A stretch of DNA of 64,000 nt, taken from assembly GCA_963718525.1 (NCBI GenBank), contig OY970355.1, forward strand, positions 2,784,001 to 2,848,000, in the 5' to 3' direction. The translations under genes and the position numbers were made by a program. Origin of the DNA: Candidatus Dormiibacterota bacterium. Lineage in GTDB: Bacteria > Chloroflexota > Dormibacteria > Aeolococcales > Aeolococcaceae. Below, piece after piece: positions 29,408-40,056 of the stretch. The notes beneath the pieces are model-generated. The model made no database searches. It had not been told where the DNA came from and saw nothing but the letters and a program-made list of their open reading frames with translations. Each line of letters starts with the position of its first letter. Positions within the stretch are counted from its first letter, which is position 1.

Positions 29408-30247
29408 GTGGTCGAGTGGACAGTGGTGGGCCGGGCCCGCCTCGGCGGTGAGGATCGGTCGAACGTCGATCGCCTTCGGCGTGCATGCGAGGAGGCGGAA
29501 CCGCTGGACCTGAAGGTCGAGCTCGACGAGGCCGATCATCTCGATCGCCCGATTCACTTCCTGGCTACGGCCGGCGACGAGGTGATCGGCTATGCCGGGA
29601 TCACCGCCGGTGACGAGGCCGAGGTCTGCGGGATGGTGTACCCATCGTGGCGGGGTCGCGGGGTCGGCCGCGCGTTGCTGGCCCACATCCACACCGCGGC
29701 TTCCGACCTCGGCCGCGCGAGCATGCTGGTCATCTGCGAGGACGCTGGACCCCCGGCGATTGCCTGGATGCGCCGCCTCGGCGCCATCCTCGAGTTGGCT
29801 GAGCGTCGCATGGTGGTTCGGCTCATGGCGACCGCCACCCCGTCCACAGTCGATGGCCCTCTCGAGATTCGCCCCGCATCGGACGCCGATCACCACAGGG
29901 TGGCGGTCCTGCTGGGAGAGGAGTTCAGCGACCGTCCGGAGGACCAGCGACTCATCGGCCTCGACGGCGCGGGCATCGTCGGGACGCTCCGACTGATCGA
30001 GTCGTCGCAGCGCACGATGATCTACGGCTTCCTCATCGATGAGGGTCGTCGGGGCACGCGCCTCGGGTCGCGAATGCTCGCCGCCGTCTTCGAGCGTCTG
30101 CGTGGTGAAGGCGTCGACGAGGTCGGCCTGGAGGTCGACCCTGACAACACACCCGCGGTGCGGCTCTATGAGCGATTCCGATTCGAGACGGTCACCACGT
30201 ATCGATACATGCGCCTCCCGACCACCCCCTCGGAACTCCGGGAGTAG
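29408..30247 (+). CDS. Tandem-domain GNAT acetyltransferase
   Basis: Two acetyl-CoA motifs (WRGRGVG, RRGTRLG); NTPAVRLYERF. Confidence 0.85.
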   Translation: MVEWTVVGRARLGGEDRSNVDRLRRACEEAEPLDLKVELDEADHLDRPIHFLATAGDEVIGYAGITAGDEAEVCGMVYPSWRGRGVGRALLAHIHTAASDLGRASMLVICEDAGPPAIAWMRRLGAILELAERRMVVRLMATATPSTVDGPLEIRPASDADHHRVAVLLGEEFSDRPEDQRLIGLDGAGIVGTLRLIESSQRTMIYGFLIDEGRRGTRLGSRMLAAVFERLRGEGVDEVGLEVDPDNTPAVRLYERFRFETVTTYRYMRLPTTPSELRE

Positions 30248-30289
30248 GCCGGGTTCTCGCGGCGTGCCGGCTTCGGTCGGTGCTCGCAC

Positions 30290-30730
30290 CTACCGAAGTG
30301 GTGGCTGCAGTGGGGGTGGCAGTGCCGGTTGGGTGGCATATCCGGGCTGCAGATATCGATCCCAGAGGCCGTTCAGATGGTCCTGGTAATACAGCGAATA
30401 CAGGCCGAAGACGAAGCTCAGCACGAGCCCGACCAGCGGCTCCGCGCGATTTGGGCTCCCCGCCTGCGCCTCCATGCGTGCGATCCGTGTGCCGGTGCGA
30501 TAGATGGTGATCAACGGCGGAATGATGAGCAGAGACCCGGGGATGAACGCGAGCACGGACAGCACGGGCTGGATCGAGTTGTCCCCCAGAAAGCGTCGCG
30601 CCTCGTCGTTGACCTTGTAGATCCAGACGAAGTGATAGATGCCGAGCGTGATGAGCGGCAACCCCAACCACACCGCGATCACATTGCGTTTCTTGTACGT
30701 CTGGGTGCCGACCGTCACGAGCTGTGCCAT
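30290..30730 (-). CDS. DUF4234-like membrane protein
   Basis: LITLGIYHFVWIYKVNDE, YYQDHLN; GGAGG SD. Confidence 0.75.
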   Translation of the reverse strand: MAQLVTVGTQTYKKRNVIAVWLGLPLITLGIYHFVWIYKVNDEARRFLGDNSIQPVLSVLAFIPGSLLIIPPLITIYRTGTRIARMEAQAGSPNRAEPLVGLVLSFVFGLYSLYYQDHLNGLWDRYLQPGYATQPALPPPLQPPLR

Positions 30731-30762
30731 CGCCTACCTCCCTGCACTCCGCGATGCGAGCG

Positions 30763-31689
30763 TCAGTGCCGACCGATTCTGAGGACGACCTTGCCGGTGA
30801 CCTTCCGCGCCAGGAGGTCGCGGGCGAGATCGCCACCGCGGGTCCAATCCTCCTCCACGTCGACGTGCGGCACAAGGTGGCCCGCGACAACCAGCGCGCA
30901 CAGCGTCCGGAGATCAGAGGCTGCGCTTTGCGTGTACCGCAGCTCGTCGAAGATCAACATCGAGCGCACCGTGGCGCCGAGATGTGCGCCGAACCAGCGC
31001 GGGCCGAGCGGCGCCGGCTCCATGAGTGTCGAAGCGAATGAGACCACCATCCCGTGCGGCGCCACGACGTCGAGGCACCGGGTCAGCACCTCACCGCCGA
31101 CGCCGTCGAGGATGTGGTCGTACTGATCGTGCGCATCGTTGATATCACGAAGCACGTGGTCGCACGCGGCCGCTGCGACCGCATTCGCCTCCGGGTTGCG
31201 GATCAGACCGGTCACGGTCATTCGCACCGCGCGCGCCAGCTGGACCGCGAGGTGCCCCACGCCTCCGGACGCACCGGTGATGAGCACGCGCTTGCCTGCC
31301 GGAAACCCACCAAGCGCGAGCGCCCGAAATGCGGTGATGCCGGCGAGCGGGAGGCAGGCGGCTTGAGCCGGCGTCACTCCGCCGGGCACCGGCGCGAGGT
31401 AATCCACCGGGACCGCCACCAGCTCCGCCCACGCTTCGTTATCGACGAGGCCGAGAACGGTCGTGCCTGCCGAGGGTCCGGCGCCGCTCTCGGCAGCGCG
31501 CTCGACCACCCCGAAGACATCCCACCCGACCTGATGGCCTGCAGGCGCGTTCTTGGCTCGCAAGACCTCTCCGCGGTTGAGGCTCGTCGCCTGCACGCGC
31601 ACCAGGGCCTCGTTCGCAGTTGGCCGCGGCTCCGGCACCTCGCTGATGCGGAGCAGGTCGTCGTCGCCGGTGGTGAGGAGCGCAAGCAT
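30763..31689 (-). CDS. MDR-family (quinone oxidoreductase-like) dehydrogenase
   Basis: SLNRGE, ITGASGGVG, GKVVL. Confidence 0.88.
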   Translation of the reverse strand: MLALLTTGDDDLLRISEVPEPRPTANEALVRVQATSLNRGEVLRAKNAPAGHQVGWDVFGVVERAAESGAGPSAGTTVLGLVDNEAWAELVAVPVDYLAPVPGGVTPAQAACLPLAGITAFRALALGGFPAGKRVLITGASGGVGHLAVQLARAVRMTVTGLIRNPEANAVAAAACDHVLRDINDAHDQYDHILDGVGGEVLTRCLDVVAPHGMVVSFASTLMEPAPLGPRWFGAHLGATVRSMLIFDELRYTQSAASDLRTLCALVVAGHLVPHVDVEEDWTRGGDLARDLLARKVTGKVVLRIGRH

Positions 31690-31708
31690 CGGGGTGGCCT
31701 GGATCCGC

Positions 31709-32410
31709 CTAGATCGCGCAGCTGTCGTCAGCGCAGACGCTGTCGACGTCGCCGGCCGCAACCATCTGCAGAGGATGGGCAGCGGTCCACGCCTGTTGCA
31801 TGGCTCCGAGGATCAGTTCCGACGGCTGCGCTCCGGAGACGCCATAGGCGCGATCGAGCACGAAGAACGGGACGCCGGTGATGCCCAACTGGCGGGCCTC
31901 CAACTCGTCATGGCGAACGTCGTCGGCATAGGCGTCGCCGGCGAGCACGTCGCGGACGGCACCCTCCTCAAGACCCGCCTCGACCGCGAGTCGCGTGAGG
32001 ACGTCGTGCTCGCCAATCGCCGCTCCCTCGACAAAGTAGCCCGCCATCAGGCGCTCCTTGAGTGCGTCCTGCCTGCCCACCGAATGCGCGAGGTGGATCA
32101 GGCGGTGTGCATCAAAGGTGTTCCCCGACCGCGCGCGGTCGAGGTGGAAGTCAAGGCCTTCGGTCGCGGCGTTGGCGGTCACACGCGCCTGAGCTGCCTC
32201 CGCAGCGGCGCGACTCATGCCGTACTTGGCAGCCAGCCGCTCCACCGGATCACCCTCTGTCCTGGCCGGGGCACTCGGATCAAGCTGGAAGCTGCGCCAG
32301 GTCACGTTCACCTCGCCTCGGTGATGGAACGCAGCCAGGGCGCCCTCAAAACGGCGCTTGCCGATGTAGCACCAGGGACAGACGACGTCGGACCAGATCT
32401 CAATCTCCAT
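31709..32410 (-). CDS. DsbA-family oxidoreductase (FrnE-like)
   Basis: IWSDVVCPWCYIG, GVPFF, SGAQP. Confidence 0.92.
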   Translation of the reverse strand: MEIEIWSDVVCPWCYIGKRRFEGALAAFHHRGEVNVTWRSFQLDPSAPARTEGDPVERLAAKYGMSRAAAEAAQARVTANAATEGLDFHLDRARSGNTFDAHRLIHLAHSVGRQDALKERLMAGYFVEGAAIGEHDVLTRLAVEAGLEEGAVRDVLAGDAYADDVRHDELEARQLGITGVPFFVLDRAYGVSGAQPSELILGAMQQAWTAAHPLQMVAAGDVDSVCADDSCAI

Positions 32411-32544
32411 GCATCGGTTGTACCGCATTGCCGCCCGGATCACGCCTGACGCGCTCGGGTTCGGAAATCCTGAGTCCGGGTACAGAGATTCCAGAACAAA
32501 CGAACCGGCCACCACGCGGCGGTCGGCCAAAGAGAACTGAAAAC

Positions 32545-34875
32545 ATGGCTGAACTCACATCCGAACTCCTTCCCATCCTGCAGCTGGACGACGTCGTCGT
32601 CCTGCCCGGCATGACCGCCACCCTCGCGGTGGAGAGTGACCCGCAGCGGGCCGCCCTGACAGCCGCGCAGAAGGGCAACCGTCTGATCCTGCTCGTGACC
32701 CGCATCGACGGCCGCTTCTCGGCCATCGGCACGGTCGCGCAGGTGGTCGAGTCCGGTCAGCTGCCGTCCGGTGCGGAGGTCTCCATCCTCAAGGGCCTGC
32801 ATCGCGCTCGCCTCGGTGGTGGCCAGTCCGACATCGGCGGCGCGCTCTGGGTCCAGGTCGAGCCCCTGCCCGACGGCGACCCGACCGACGCCGCTCGCGA
32901 GCTCGCGCGCGAGTACCGCGCGCTCATTGAGAACCTGCTCGAGCTGCGCGGCGCAGGGCGCGCCATCGAAGCGGTCCGATCCGTGCGCCATCCCGGCCAC
33001 CTGGCCGACCTGGCCGGCTACTCGCCCGACTTCAGCCTCGAGCAGAAGCTCGAGGTCCTCGAGACGCTCGACCTCGAACAGCGGCTCTCCCGGTTGATCG
33101 GCTGGACCAAGGATGTCCTCGCCGACGCGTCCGTGCGCGAGAAGGTGCGCACCGAAGTCAACGAGGGCATGGAGAAGACCCAACGGGACTTCCTCCTCCG
33201 CCAGCAGCTCGAAGCGATCAAGAAGCAACTCGGCGAGGGTGGCGACGACGTGACCGCCGGGTACCGGGCTCGTCTCGAGAACGCGGGCATGCCCGAGAAC
33301 GTCCGTACCGAGGTTGAGCGCGAGCTCGACCGGTTCGAGCGGACCAGCGAGCAGAGCCCCGAGCACGGCTGGATCAGGACCTACCTCGACTGGATGTTCG
33401 AGATCCCCTGGAACGTTCGCTCCGAGGACAACCTCGATCTCATCGAAGCGCGCCGGATCCTCGACGAGGACCACACCGGCCTCGAGGACGTCAAGCAGCG
33501 GATCATCGAATTCCTGGCTGTCCGGAAGCTCCGCAGCGAGCGCGGCATCAGCGTGCTCGGCAGCGGATCCGGAGCCATCATCACGCTCGTCGGACCTCCT
33601 GGCGTCGGCAAGACGTCGCTCGGCGAGTCGGTCGCCCGAGCGCTGGGTCGCAAGTTCGCCCGGATCTCGCTCGGTGGCATCCACGACGAGGCCGACATCC
33701 GCGGACACCGGCGCACGTACGTCGGCGCTCTTCCCGGGCGCATCGTGCGTGCCCTCAAGGAAGCCGGCACCAAGAACCCGGTGATCATGCTCGACGAGAT
33801 CGACAAGGTCGGCAGCGACTGGCGGGGTGACCCCTCCTCCGCGCTGCTCGAGGTGCTCGATCCCGCGCAGAACAACACCTTCCGTGACCACTACCTCGAG
33901 GTCGACCTCGACCTCTCCGAGGTGCTCTTCATCCCGACAGCGAACGTGTGGGAGACGATCCCGGCGCCGCTGCTCGACCGGATGGAGCTGATCCGTCTCG
34001 ACGGATACACCGAGAACGAGAAGGTCGCGATCGCACGCGATCATCTCCTCCGCCGGCAGATTGAGCACGCAGGACTGCGGACTGACGAGGTCAGCATCAC
34101 CGATGCCGCGATCCTCGCTGTGATCACCGACCACACCCGCGAGGCGGGCGTCCGGAACCTGGAGCGAGAGCTCGGCAAGATGACCCGCAAGGTTGCGACG
34201 CGCATCGCCGGGGGCGACCTGGTCGCACCGCTGGAGATCACGCCCGCAGAGGTGCGTGACCTGCTGGGCAAGGCCAAGTTCGACAACGAGGTCGCCGAAC
34301 GCACGGCTGTCGCGGGCGTGGCCACCGGGCTTGCAGTGACCGGCACCGGAGGCGACGTGCTCTTCATCGAAGCAGCCAACGCCCCTGGCGACGGCAAGCT
34401 CACGCTCACAGGCCAGTTGGGTGACGTGATGAAGGAGTCGGCGCAGATCGCACTGTCATACGTCAGGGCTCATGCGGCCGCGCTGGGCATCGATCCCGAA
34501 GCTGCCCGCCAGAGCATGCACATCCACGTCCCGGCCGGCGCGGTGCCGAAAGACGGACCATCTGCAGGCGTCGCGATGACGACGGCGATGGTGAGCCTCC
34601 TGACCGGACGGCCGATGCGCAGCAGCGTTGCAATGACCGGTGAGGTCACCCTCCAGGAACTCGTGCTCCCGATCGGCGGCGTCAAGCAGAAGGTCCTCGC
34701 GGCCCATCGCATGGGTCTGCGCGAGGTGATCCTGCCCCGGCGCAACGAGAAGGACATCGAGGACGTCCCGGAGAGCGTGCGCGACGTGATGACGTTCCAC
34801 CTGGCCAGCCGCGTTGAGGAAGCCCTCAACGTTGCGCTCGAACCGGTCGCGACGCCAGTCTTCGCCGCAGCCTAA
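32545..34875 (+). CDS. lon: ATP-dependent Lon protease
   Basis: GPPGVGKTS, DEIDK, PKDGPSAG, catalytic Lys in GVKQK. Confidence 0.96.
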   Translation: MAELTSELLPILQLDDVVVLPGMTATLAVESDPQRAALTAAQKGNRLILLVTRIDGRFSAIGTVAQVVESGQLPSGAEVSILKGLHRARLGGGQSDIGGALWVQVEPLPDGDPTDAARELAREYRALIENLLELRGAGRAIEAVRSVRHPGHLADLAGYSPDFSLEQKLEVLETLDLEQRLSRLIGWTKDVLADASVREKVRTEVNEGMEKTQRDFLLRQQLEAIKKQLGEGGDDVTAGYRARLENAGMPENVRTEVERELDRFERTSEQSPEHGWIRTYLDWMFEIPWNVRSEDNLDLIEARRILDEDHTGLEDVKQRIIEFLAVRKLRSERGISVLGSGSGAIITLVGPPGVGKTSLGESVARALGRKFARISLGGIHDEADIRGHRRTYVGALPGRIVRALKEAGTKNPVIMLDEIDKVGSDWRGDPSSALLEVLDPAQNNTFRDHYLEVDLDLSEVLFIPTANVWETIPAPLLDRMELIRLDGYTENEKVAIARDHLLRRQIEHAGLRTDEVSITDAAILAVITDHTREAGVRNLERELGKMTRKVATRIAGGDLVAPLEITPAEVRDLLGKAKFDNEVAERTAVAGVATGLAVTGTGGDVLFIEAANAPGDGKLTLTGQLGDVMKESAQIALSYVRAHAAALGIDPEAARQSMHIHVPAGAVPKDGPSAGVAMTTAMVSLLTGRPMRSSVAMTGEVTLQELVLPIGGVKQKVLAAHRMGLREVILPRRNEKDIEDVPESVRDVMTFHLASRVEEALNVALEPVATPVFAAA

Positions 34876-34887
34876 GAGCTCATGACC

Positions 34888-34922
34888 GTCCGGGTCACGG
34901 CCACTGTGGTCGCGACCCGGGC
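34888..34922. terminator. Long imperfect hairpin after lon
   Basis: GTCCGGGTCACGGCCAC / GTGGTCGCGACCCGGGC inverted repeat between convergent genes. Confidence 0.5.
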
Positions 34923-34983
34923 GACCTCGGTCACACTCGGCGCACAGGCGCCAATGGAGTGCAGAACGAACGCACTCTTCCTG

Positions 34984-35604
34984 TCATCGAGCCATGGTGG
35001 GTGCCATGGGCTGGGCGCGTGCGCGCCAGACCGCAATCAGCGCGACGATCACGGCGGCTACGAGAATGGGGATCGCAGCGTTGGCTTCGCCTTGGTCGAT
35101 GAGCTTGATGGCCGGACGACCCACTGCGTCTCCGAGACCTACGAAAGCTGCGATGTAGGCCATATTCGCGGCAAGCAACCCTATGAGAAATGTGCGCCGC
35201 GGCATTCCACTGACCGCAGCCACCTGGGTGGTGTAGATCCTCAAGCCGGGAATCAGTCGGGACACAAACGCAGCTCGCCAATCGCCATGGCCCAGGAGCT
35301 TCGCTGCGCGATCCAGAACCCCTCCAGCGTGAAACCTACGAGCAATACCGAAGAGACGATCCCGCCCCAATCGCGCGAAAAGTTCCCAGCCGACGAGCGC
35401 ACCCGCGATCATGGTGAGAAGAGCGGCAGGAATGAACACCAGCGGACTGATCTGTCCTGATGCAATAGCGATTCCGCCTACAGCAAGCAGCAGGTCGCCG
35501 GAGATGAAGAACAGTGGAACCCCAACCTCCTCTGCGAAGAGGAGGCTGAGGATGACCACAAGTAAGACGTTGCCGCCGAGCCCGAACAGCGGTAAGTCGT
35601 TCAT
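34984..35604 (-). CDS. DedA/VTT-domain membrane protein
   Basis: EEVGVPL..SGDLLL, SRLIPGLR, AAVSGM. Confidence 0.85.
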   Translation of the reverse strand: MNDLPLFGLGGNVLLVVILSLLFAEEVGVPLFFISGDLLLAVGGIAIASGQISPLVFIPAALLTMIAGALVGWELFARLGRDRLFGIARRFHAGGVLDRAAKLLGHGDWRAAFVSRLIPGLRIYTTQVAAVSGMPRRTFLIGLLAANMAYIAAFVGLGDAVGRPAIKLIDQGEANAAIPILVAAVIVALIAVWRARAQPMAPTMAR

Positions 35605-37808
35605 GGAGACGTGCGAGCTGGCAAGGACGGATCCGAGATGCCCGACGGACGCGGCGAGATCACACTCTCGCCGTGTCGCCGCGGAATCGCCAGGCGGCGC
35701 CGGCGACGAAGATCGCCGGCCAGGGCTTCGGCTGCGTTGGTTTCATCCACACGACGGCGAGCCTGCCGATCCCACAAGATGTCGAGCGCGAGGAGGATCA
35801 GGTTTGCGCCGACGGTGGCTCCGACGATTGCAGTGACGAGGGAGAGAAGTCCGCTGGTCGCATTGAACCCCAGCCAGGCACCTACGAGGCTACCTCCCAC
35901 TGCTGCCGCGAATCCGATGGTGTGGGCGTTGGATTGCCGGTCGCGGTTGACCCAGGCGAGGTAGATCCCCAGGCCAATCGGCACACCGATTGAGACGACG
36001 GCGAGGAGCTGGTCTTCAATCGGAATCGTCGAGGACGTCGTGAGGACGATGAGCACACCGAGGAACCAGCCACCGAGGCCGAGGATGAGCGGGTACATCG
36101 AGCGGAGCACCGCACTCGCCGTGCGCCCGAACCGACCGCGTCTGCGGATGCGCCACCACATCAGGAGCAGCGACACCACCGTGAGGACGGCGAGGCCGGT
36201 CATCGTGGCGACAATGTCCTTGGCAATCGTCGTCTGTGTGCTGGCCGGTGTGAAGGAGACGTGCGGGCTCGTGTACAGGGATTGGTCGACGCGTCCGGTC
36301 TCGAGGTAGGTGGCGATCAGGGCGGTGCCGCCGGCAGGGTCATAGCTCCAGAAGGAACCTGCGTGCCCGAGCTGGGGCACCACCACCTGGTGCCCATTCG
36401 GGAGGAAGGGCATCAGCTGATCCGTCGCGTTCTGCGGTGGGGTCGACATATCGAGCGCCCCGCTGATCACCAGGGTCTGGACATTCGACGTCTGGTCGTG
36501 CATGTACTGGCCCGAGTCCGTGACAGCCGGCCAGGCATTCGCCAGCTCGCCGCCGGCGAAGAGGAAAGCCGTGCCGGGGCTGCCGATGATCGACGGGTCG
36601 GGGTGGGCGAAGTACTGCCTGACAGCAGGGAAGTCGATCGACCCGACGGACGCGAATTCACCCCAGACAAACGACTGTGGGAAAGCGATGCTTGCCAGAA
36701 ACGATTCGAACCAGAGCCCGCTCGGGTCGCCGGCGGCGGCCGATAACCATGCGTCGATCGTCATCGGCGCGGAGTCTGGCGCTGCGTCGTCCGTCAACTC
36801 CTGCATGCCAAATGAGGTCGCGGCCATTACGTTGCCCTTGGTGATAGGGAGGAACAAGAAGTGGTCGGGCATGTTGGCCGCGGTGTGTTTGATGGTGGCG
36901 ATGAGATCGTTGGTGCGCTTGCCGCAGGCGACGTCCGCTGCGCAGAGGCGAGCGTAGGACTGGAACTCCTGATCGATGGTCGCCGTATCGAACAGGAAGT
37001 CGCCGGGCGGGTTCGCCCCGATCATCACCGAGCGAAGGATGCTCGTCGGGTAGCGCCAGGCATAGATCATTGCAAGGCGGGTCCCCGCGCTCTCGCTGAC
37101 GAGGTCTATCTGCTTGTAGCCCAGCGCGCTGCGCGCCGCCTCGAGGTCATCGACCTGCTCAGGTAGGGTGTAGCCGGCGAGGTCGACGCCGTCTGCCGTC
37201 AGGCGGGTCGCGCAGGTGCGGAAGCCGTTGGCGTAGGCCTCGAACGACGCCTGTCCGAGCATGTCGGCCGAGTTTTCCAGTGCGGAGGTAACCTCGGGGC
37301 AATCGAGCACGGACGATCCGTCGACGCCCCGGTAACCGACCAGGACGACGTCATGGTTAGCTGTAAAGCGGCTGGCGTCCGGGAACACCATGTTCGTGAC
37401 GCCGGGACCGCCGTTCAGACGGAAAATCGGCTCGGACGGATGGGCGGATGTGGCTCGAATGACAATGACGGGCAACGCGATCAGTCGCGAGTGCGGGTTC
37501 GTCCGATTCTCGGGCACGACCAGCGTGCCGCAGTCGGCTCTGGAGCTCCCCTTCTCCGTCGTATAGGTGCAGGCCGTGAGCTTCAATTGGCCGGCATGCG
37601 CACCGGCGGGGACAGACACCGCGCTGGTGCCGCCCGTCAATTGGACGTACACGAGACCGAGCACCCCCAGTGCGATGACGATGAGAGCGATGATGCGCGC
37701 AGCAGTGAAGCCCCTCCTCCGTTCGCTTGTTCGACCGCTGATGGGATGCTCCTTTCGTGACAACCGTTGGGCCCGTGGGTCATCAGTCGTGCGGTTTCTG
37801 CCAAACAT
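35601..37808 (-). CDS. Alpha/beta hydrolase (TAP-like peptidase fold) with a C-terminal membrane domain
   Basis: CGTLVVPENR, GGPG, YRGVDGS, SESAG nucleophile, GH; AGGAG SD. Confidence 0.85.
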   Translation of the reverse strand: MFGRNRTTDDPRAQRLSRKEHPISGRTSERRRGFTAARIIALIVIALGVLGLVYVQLTGGTSAVSVPAGAHAGQLKLTACTYTTEKGSSRADCGTLVVPENRTNPHSRLIALPVIVIRATSAHPSEPIFRLNGGPGVTNMVFPDASRFTANHDVVLVGYRGVDGSSVLDCPEVTSALENSADMLGQASFEAYANGFRTCATRLTADGVDLAGYTLPEQVDDLEAARSALGYKQIDLVSESAGTRLAMIYAWRYPTSILRSVMIGANPPGDFLFDTATIDQEFQSYARLCAADVACGKRTNDLIATIKHTAANMPDHFLFLPITKGNVMAATSFGMQELTDDAAPDSAPMTIDAWLSAAAGDPSGLWFESFLASIAFPQSFVWGEFASVGSIDFPAVRQYFAHPDPSIIGSPGTAFLFAGGELANAWPAVTDSGQYMHDQTSNVQTLVISGALDMSTPPQNATDQLMPFLPNGHQVVVPQLGHAGSFWSYDPAGGTALIATYLETGRVDQSLYTSPHVSFTPASTQTTIAKDIVATMTGLAVLTVVSLLLMWWRIRRRGRFGRTASAVLRSMYPLILGLGGWFLGVLIVLTTSSTIPIEDQLLAVVSIGVPIGLGIYLAWVNRDRQSNAHTIGFAAAVGGSLVGAWLGFNATSGLLSLVTAIVGATVGANLILLALDILWDRQARRRVDETNAAEALAGDLRRRRRLAIPRRHGESVISPRPSGISDPSLPARTSP

Positions 37809-37873
37809 GTCTGCTCTCCTAATTAACTCGTCTGTCTACCTCCACCATCCTGGGCAGCTCCACATCCGATGAC

Positions 37874-37901
37874 ATCAGGGGCAGTACTGGCAGAGCACGT
37901 A
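37874..37901 (-). promoter_or_regulatory. TACGTGC-N7-GTACT-N6-GAT motif, copy 1
   Basis: Same layout as 43319-43346; -10-like CAGGAT 21 nt downstream. Confidence 0.55.
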
Positions 37902-38217
37902 GAGGCGGCAGTCGCGGCCCGACCACCGGTGAAGCGACCGGAGGTCATCCCCTCGGTGTCATGGGGGGTGAAAGCCGCACACTGCGGCGATGTGCAGATC
38001 TTGCCGGTCTCGAGGATCCCAATCTGGTCGCTCAGGCAGTGATGACCAACCTGGGTTTGGTGGACCAGTCCGGGGAATGGCCGACAACATCGAGCGATCG
38101 CAGCCCATGCGGATGCGGGGACTAGCCTTGGCGATACCCGTGGATATGCAGACCGCCTCCGGTATGGTGCCTGGCCACCTAGCTGTCAAGCTGCTCGGCG
38201 TGTTCCCGCGACAGCAA

Positions 38218-38495
38218 TCAACGTGGCGGCCCCGTCAGCCCGACCAGGTCGCTGCTGACCCGCCAGAGCCGCGCGGTGACGGCCAGGTCGCCGGCGGCCT
38301 TGTTGGCGATCTTGGGCTTGCGGTTTGCAAAGAACTGGCCAGTGATCGCCTCCACGTCGGGTGATGAGGCCAGATAGATCGGCGTCCGTGCGCCTTGTGT
38401 CGGTGTCTTCAGGAACGGGCGAACGCGAGCCCGATCGCGGTGGCTTTGCCGATTCCGCAGGTAGCACCGGTGACCAGCACGACCTTGCCTGCCAT
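38218..38495 (-). pseudogene. SDR oxidoreductase remnant with a large internal deletion
   Basis: MAGKVVLVTGATCGIGKATAIGLA joined out of frame to RPFLKTPTQGARTPIYLASSPDV...ARLWRVS. Confidence 0.8.
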
Positions 38496-38505
38496 CGGCA
38501 GTGCA

Positions 38506-39543
38506 TCAGACACTGATCACGACCTTTCCTCGCGCGTGGCCCGTTCCGATGTAGTCCATCGCAGCGGCAGTCTCGCTCAGGGGGTCCGTTCGATCGATGA
38601 CCGGCATGACCTTACCGGCCTCGATCAGCTCCTTGAGCGCGAGGAGATCGTCATGCTTCTGCGCCACCACAAATCGGCCGAGGCGCTGGCTCACAAAACG
38701 GAACGACACCATCGCTTTGATCAGCCGGCCCGCGCTCGAGAACCAACGATTCTGGAACTGCCCGCCGTTTGGCACGAGCATCCCCCTCGCGGTGAGCGTG
38801 CGCCGCAGTTCGGACAACGATCGGTTCGAGATGTTGTCGAGGATGAAGTCGTAATGCTCGCCACTCTTGGTGAAGTCGTCGCGTGTGTAGTCGATAACGT
38901 GGTCCGCGCCGATCGATCGGACCATCTCCACGTTTGACGTGCTGCACACGCCGGTGACTTCCGCTCCCAGTGACTTCGCGATCTGCACGGCGAAGGTGCC
39001 GACTCCACCTGAAGCGCCGTTGACCAGCACCTTCTGCCCAACGTGGACGTCGCCGTGATCGCGAAGCGCCTGGAGGGCAACCGATCCGGCCATCGGGACG
39101 GTGGCAGCTTGTTCGAAAGTGAGATTGGTCGGCTTGAGCGCCAGCCCATCTTCAGAAGCGGACGCGTACTCGGCAAACGCGCCGCGGCACCAGCCGAAGA
39201 CCTCGTCGCCCGGCCGGAATCGCGTCACGGAGATGCCGACGGCTTCGACCTGACCTGCGACATCCGTGCCTCGAATACCGTTCTTCGGTGTGCGCAGACC
39301 GTATATGGGAGCCGGCCGTGCGATGTACGGCAGGCCGCCCATCATCGCCCAGTCCGCCGGGTTGACCGCGGCGGCCCGAACCCGAATCAACACGTCGTGC
39401 TCGCCGATTGCCGGTTTGGCCGTGTCCCTGAGTTGCAGGACGTCGGATGACCCGTATTTGTCTTGAATGATCGCTTTCATTGTCGTCACACCGACGTTAG
39501 CCTCTGTCCGCTCGGTCGCTGTGTCGATGGTGGCTGTCTCCAT
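38506..39543 (-). CDS. NAD(P)-dependent MDR alcohol dehydrogenase-like protein
   Basis: VNPADW, GTDVAG, NGASGGVG, GHARGKVVI. Confidence 0.92.
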   Translation of the reverse strand: METATIDTATERTEANVGVTTMKAIIQDKYGSSDVLQLRDTAKPAIGEHDVLIRVRAAAVNPADWAMMGGLPYIARPAPIYGLRTPKNGIRGTDVAGQVEAVGISVTRFRPGDEVFGWCRGAFAEYASASEDGLALKPTNLTFEQAATVPMAGSVALQALRDHGDVHVGQKVLVNGASGGVGTFAVQIAKSLGAEVTGVCSTSNVEMVRSIGADHVIDYTRDDFTKSGEHYDFILDNISNRSLSELRRTLTARGMLVPNGGQFQNRWFSSAGRLIKAMVSFRFVSQRLGRFVVAQKHDDLLALKELIEAGKVMPVIDRTDPLSETAAAMDYIGTGHARGKVVISV

Positions 39544-40056
39544 GGTCTCTCCCAGAACACTTGCTCAATGCCTCGCATCCTCTCCGGCGGCGGCGGCGAC
39601 AGCCATCGGGGCCACCACTGAGCCACCACGTAGGCGGCACAGCTGGGCCAGGGCGTCAGCCGATAGCCGCACTACGTGGTCGATGGGTGCTGTCACCGAC
39701 GACTTCCGTCGGCAGAGAACGCAACCTGGGGTCATGAGAACGAAACCCCCAGCTCTGACGCCGGCTCGCCTCACACGACGGTGCTACTTAGCCGAGGTGA
39801 CGTTGAGAGTGGCAGCGAGCGAGCTTTCGTGGATCAGCAAGAGCCTGCATGCAGCGTGCCTGCGTCTCCGAGGGAGCAATCTTCGGCTGAAGGTGCTGAG
39901 CGCCGCGTACATCCCGGACGACGACCGGCTCTCATGCATCATCGAGGCTGGGTGTGTCGAGGATATTCATCGCTTGTTTGGCGTTGCACTGCTTCCGCCG
40001 GTCCGAGTCGTCGAAGCGTGTGTGGTCGCACTGCGAACGCCGCGACGAAAGCGCTG

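Noticed and set aside
32469-32490. CCTGAGT... upstream of lon as a possible HspR HAIR operator
   Set aside because: Only the left half resembles CTTGAGT-N7-ACTCAAG; the right half does not match.
37950-38200. Unassigned 250-nt stretch with a TTGACA and short ORFs; possible ncRNA or riboswitch
   Set aside because: No recognisable RNA family motif or convincing ORF by eye; an Rfam/Infernal search would be needed.
39565-39735. Short ORF MTPGCVLC... upstream of the dehydrogenase
   Set aside because: Single CxxC, weak SD and no recognisable family; not supportable.
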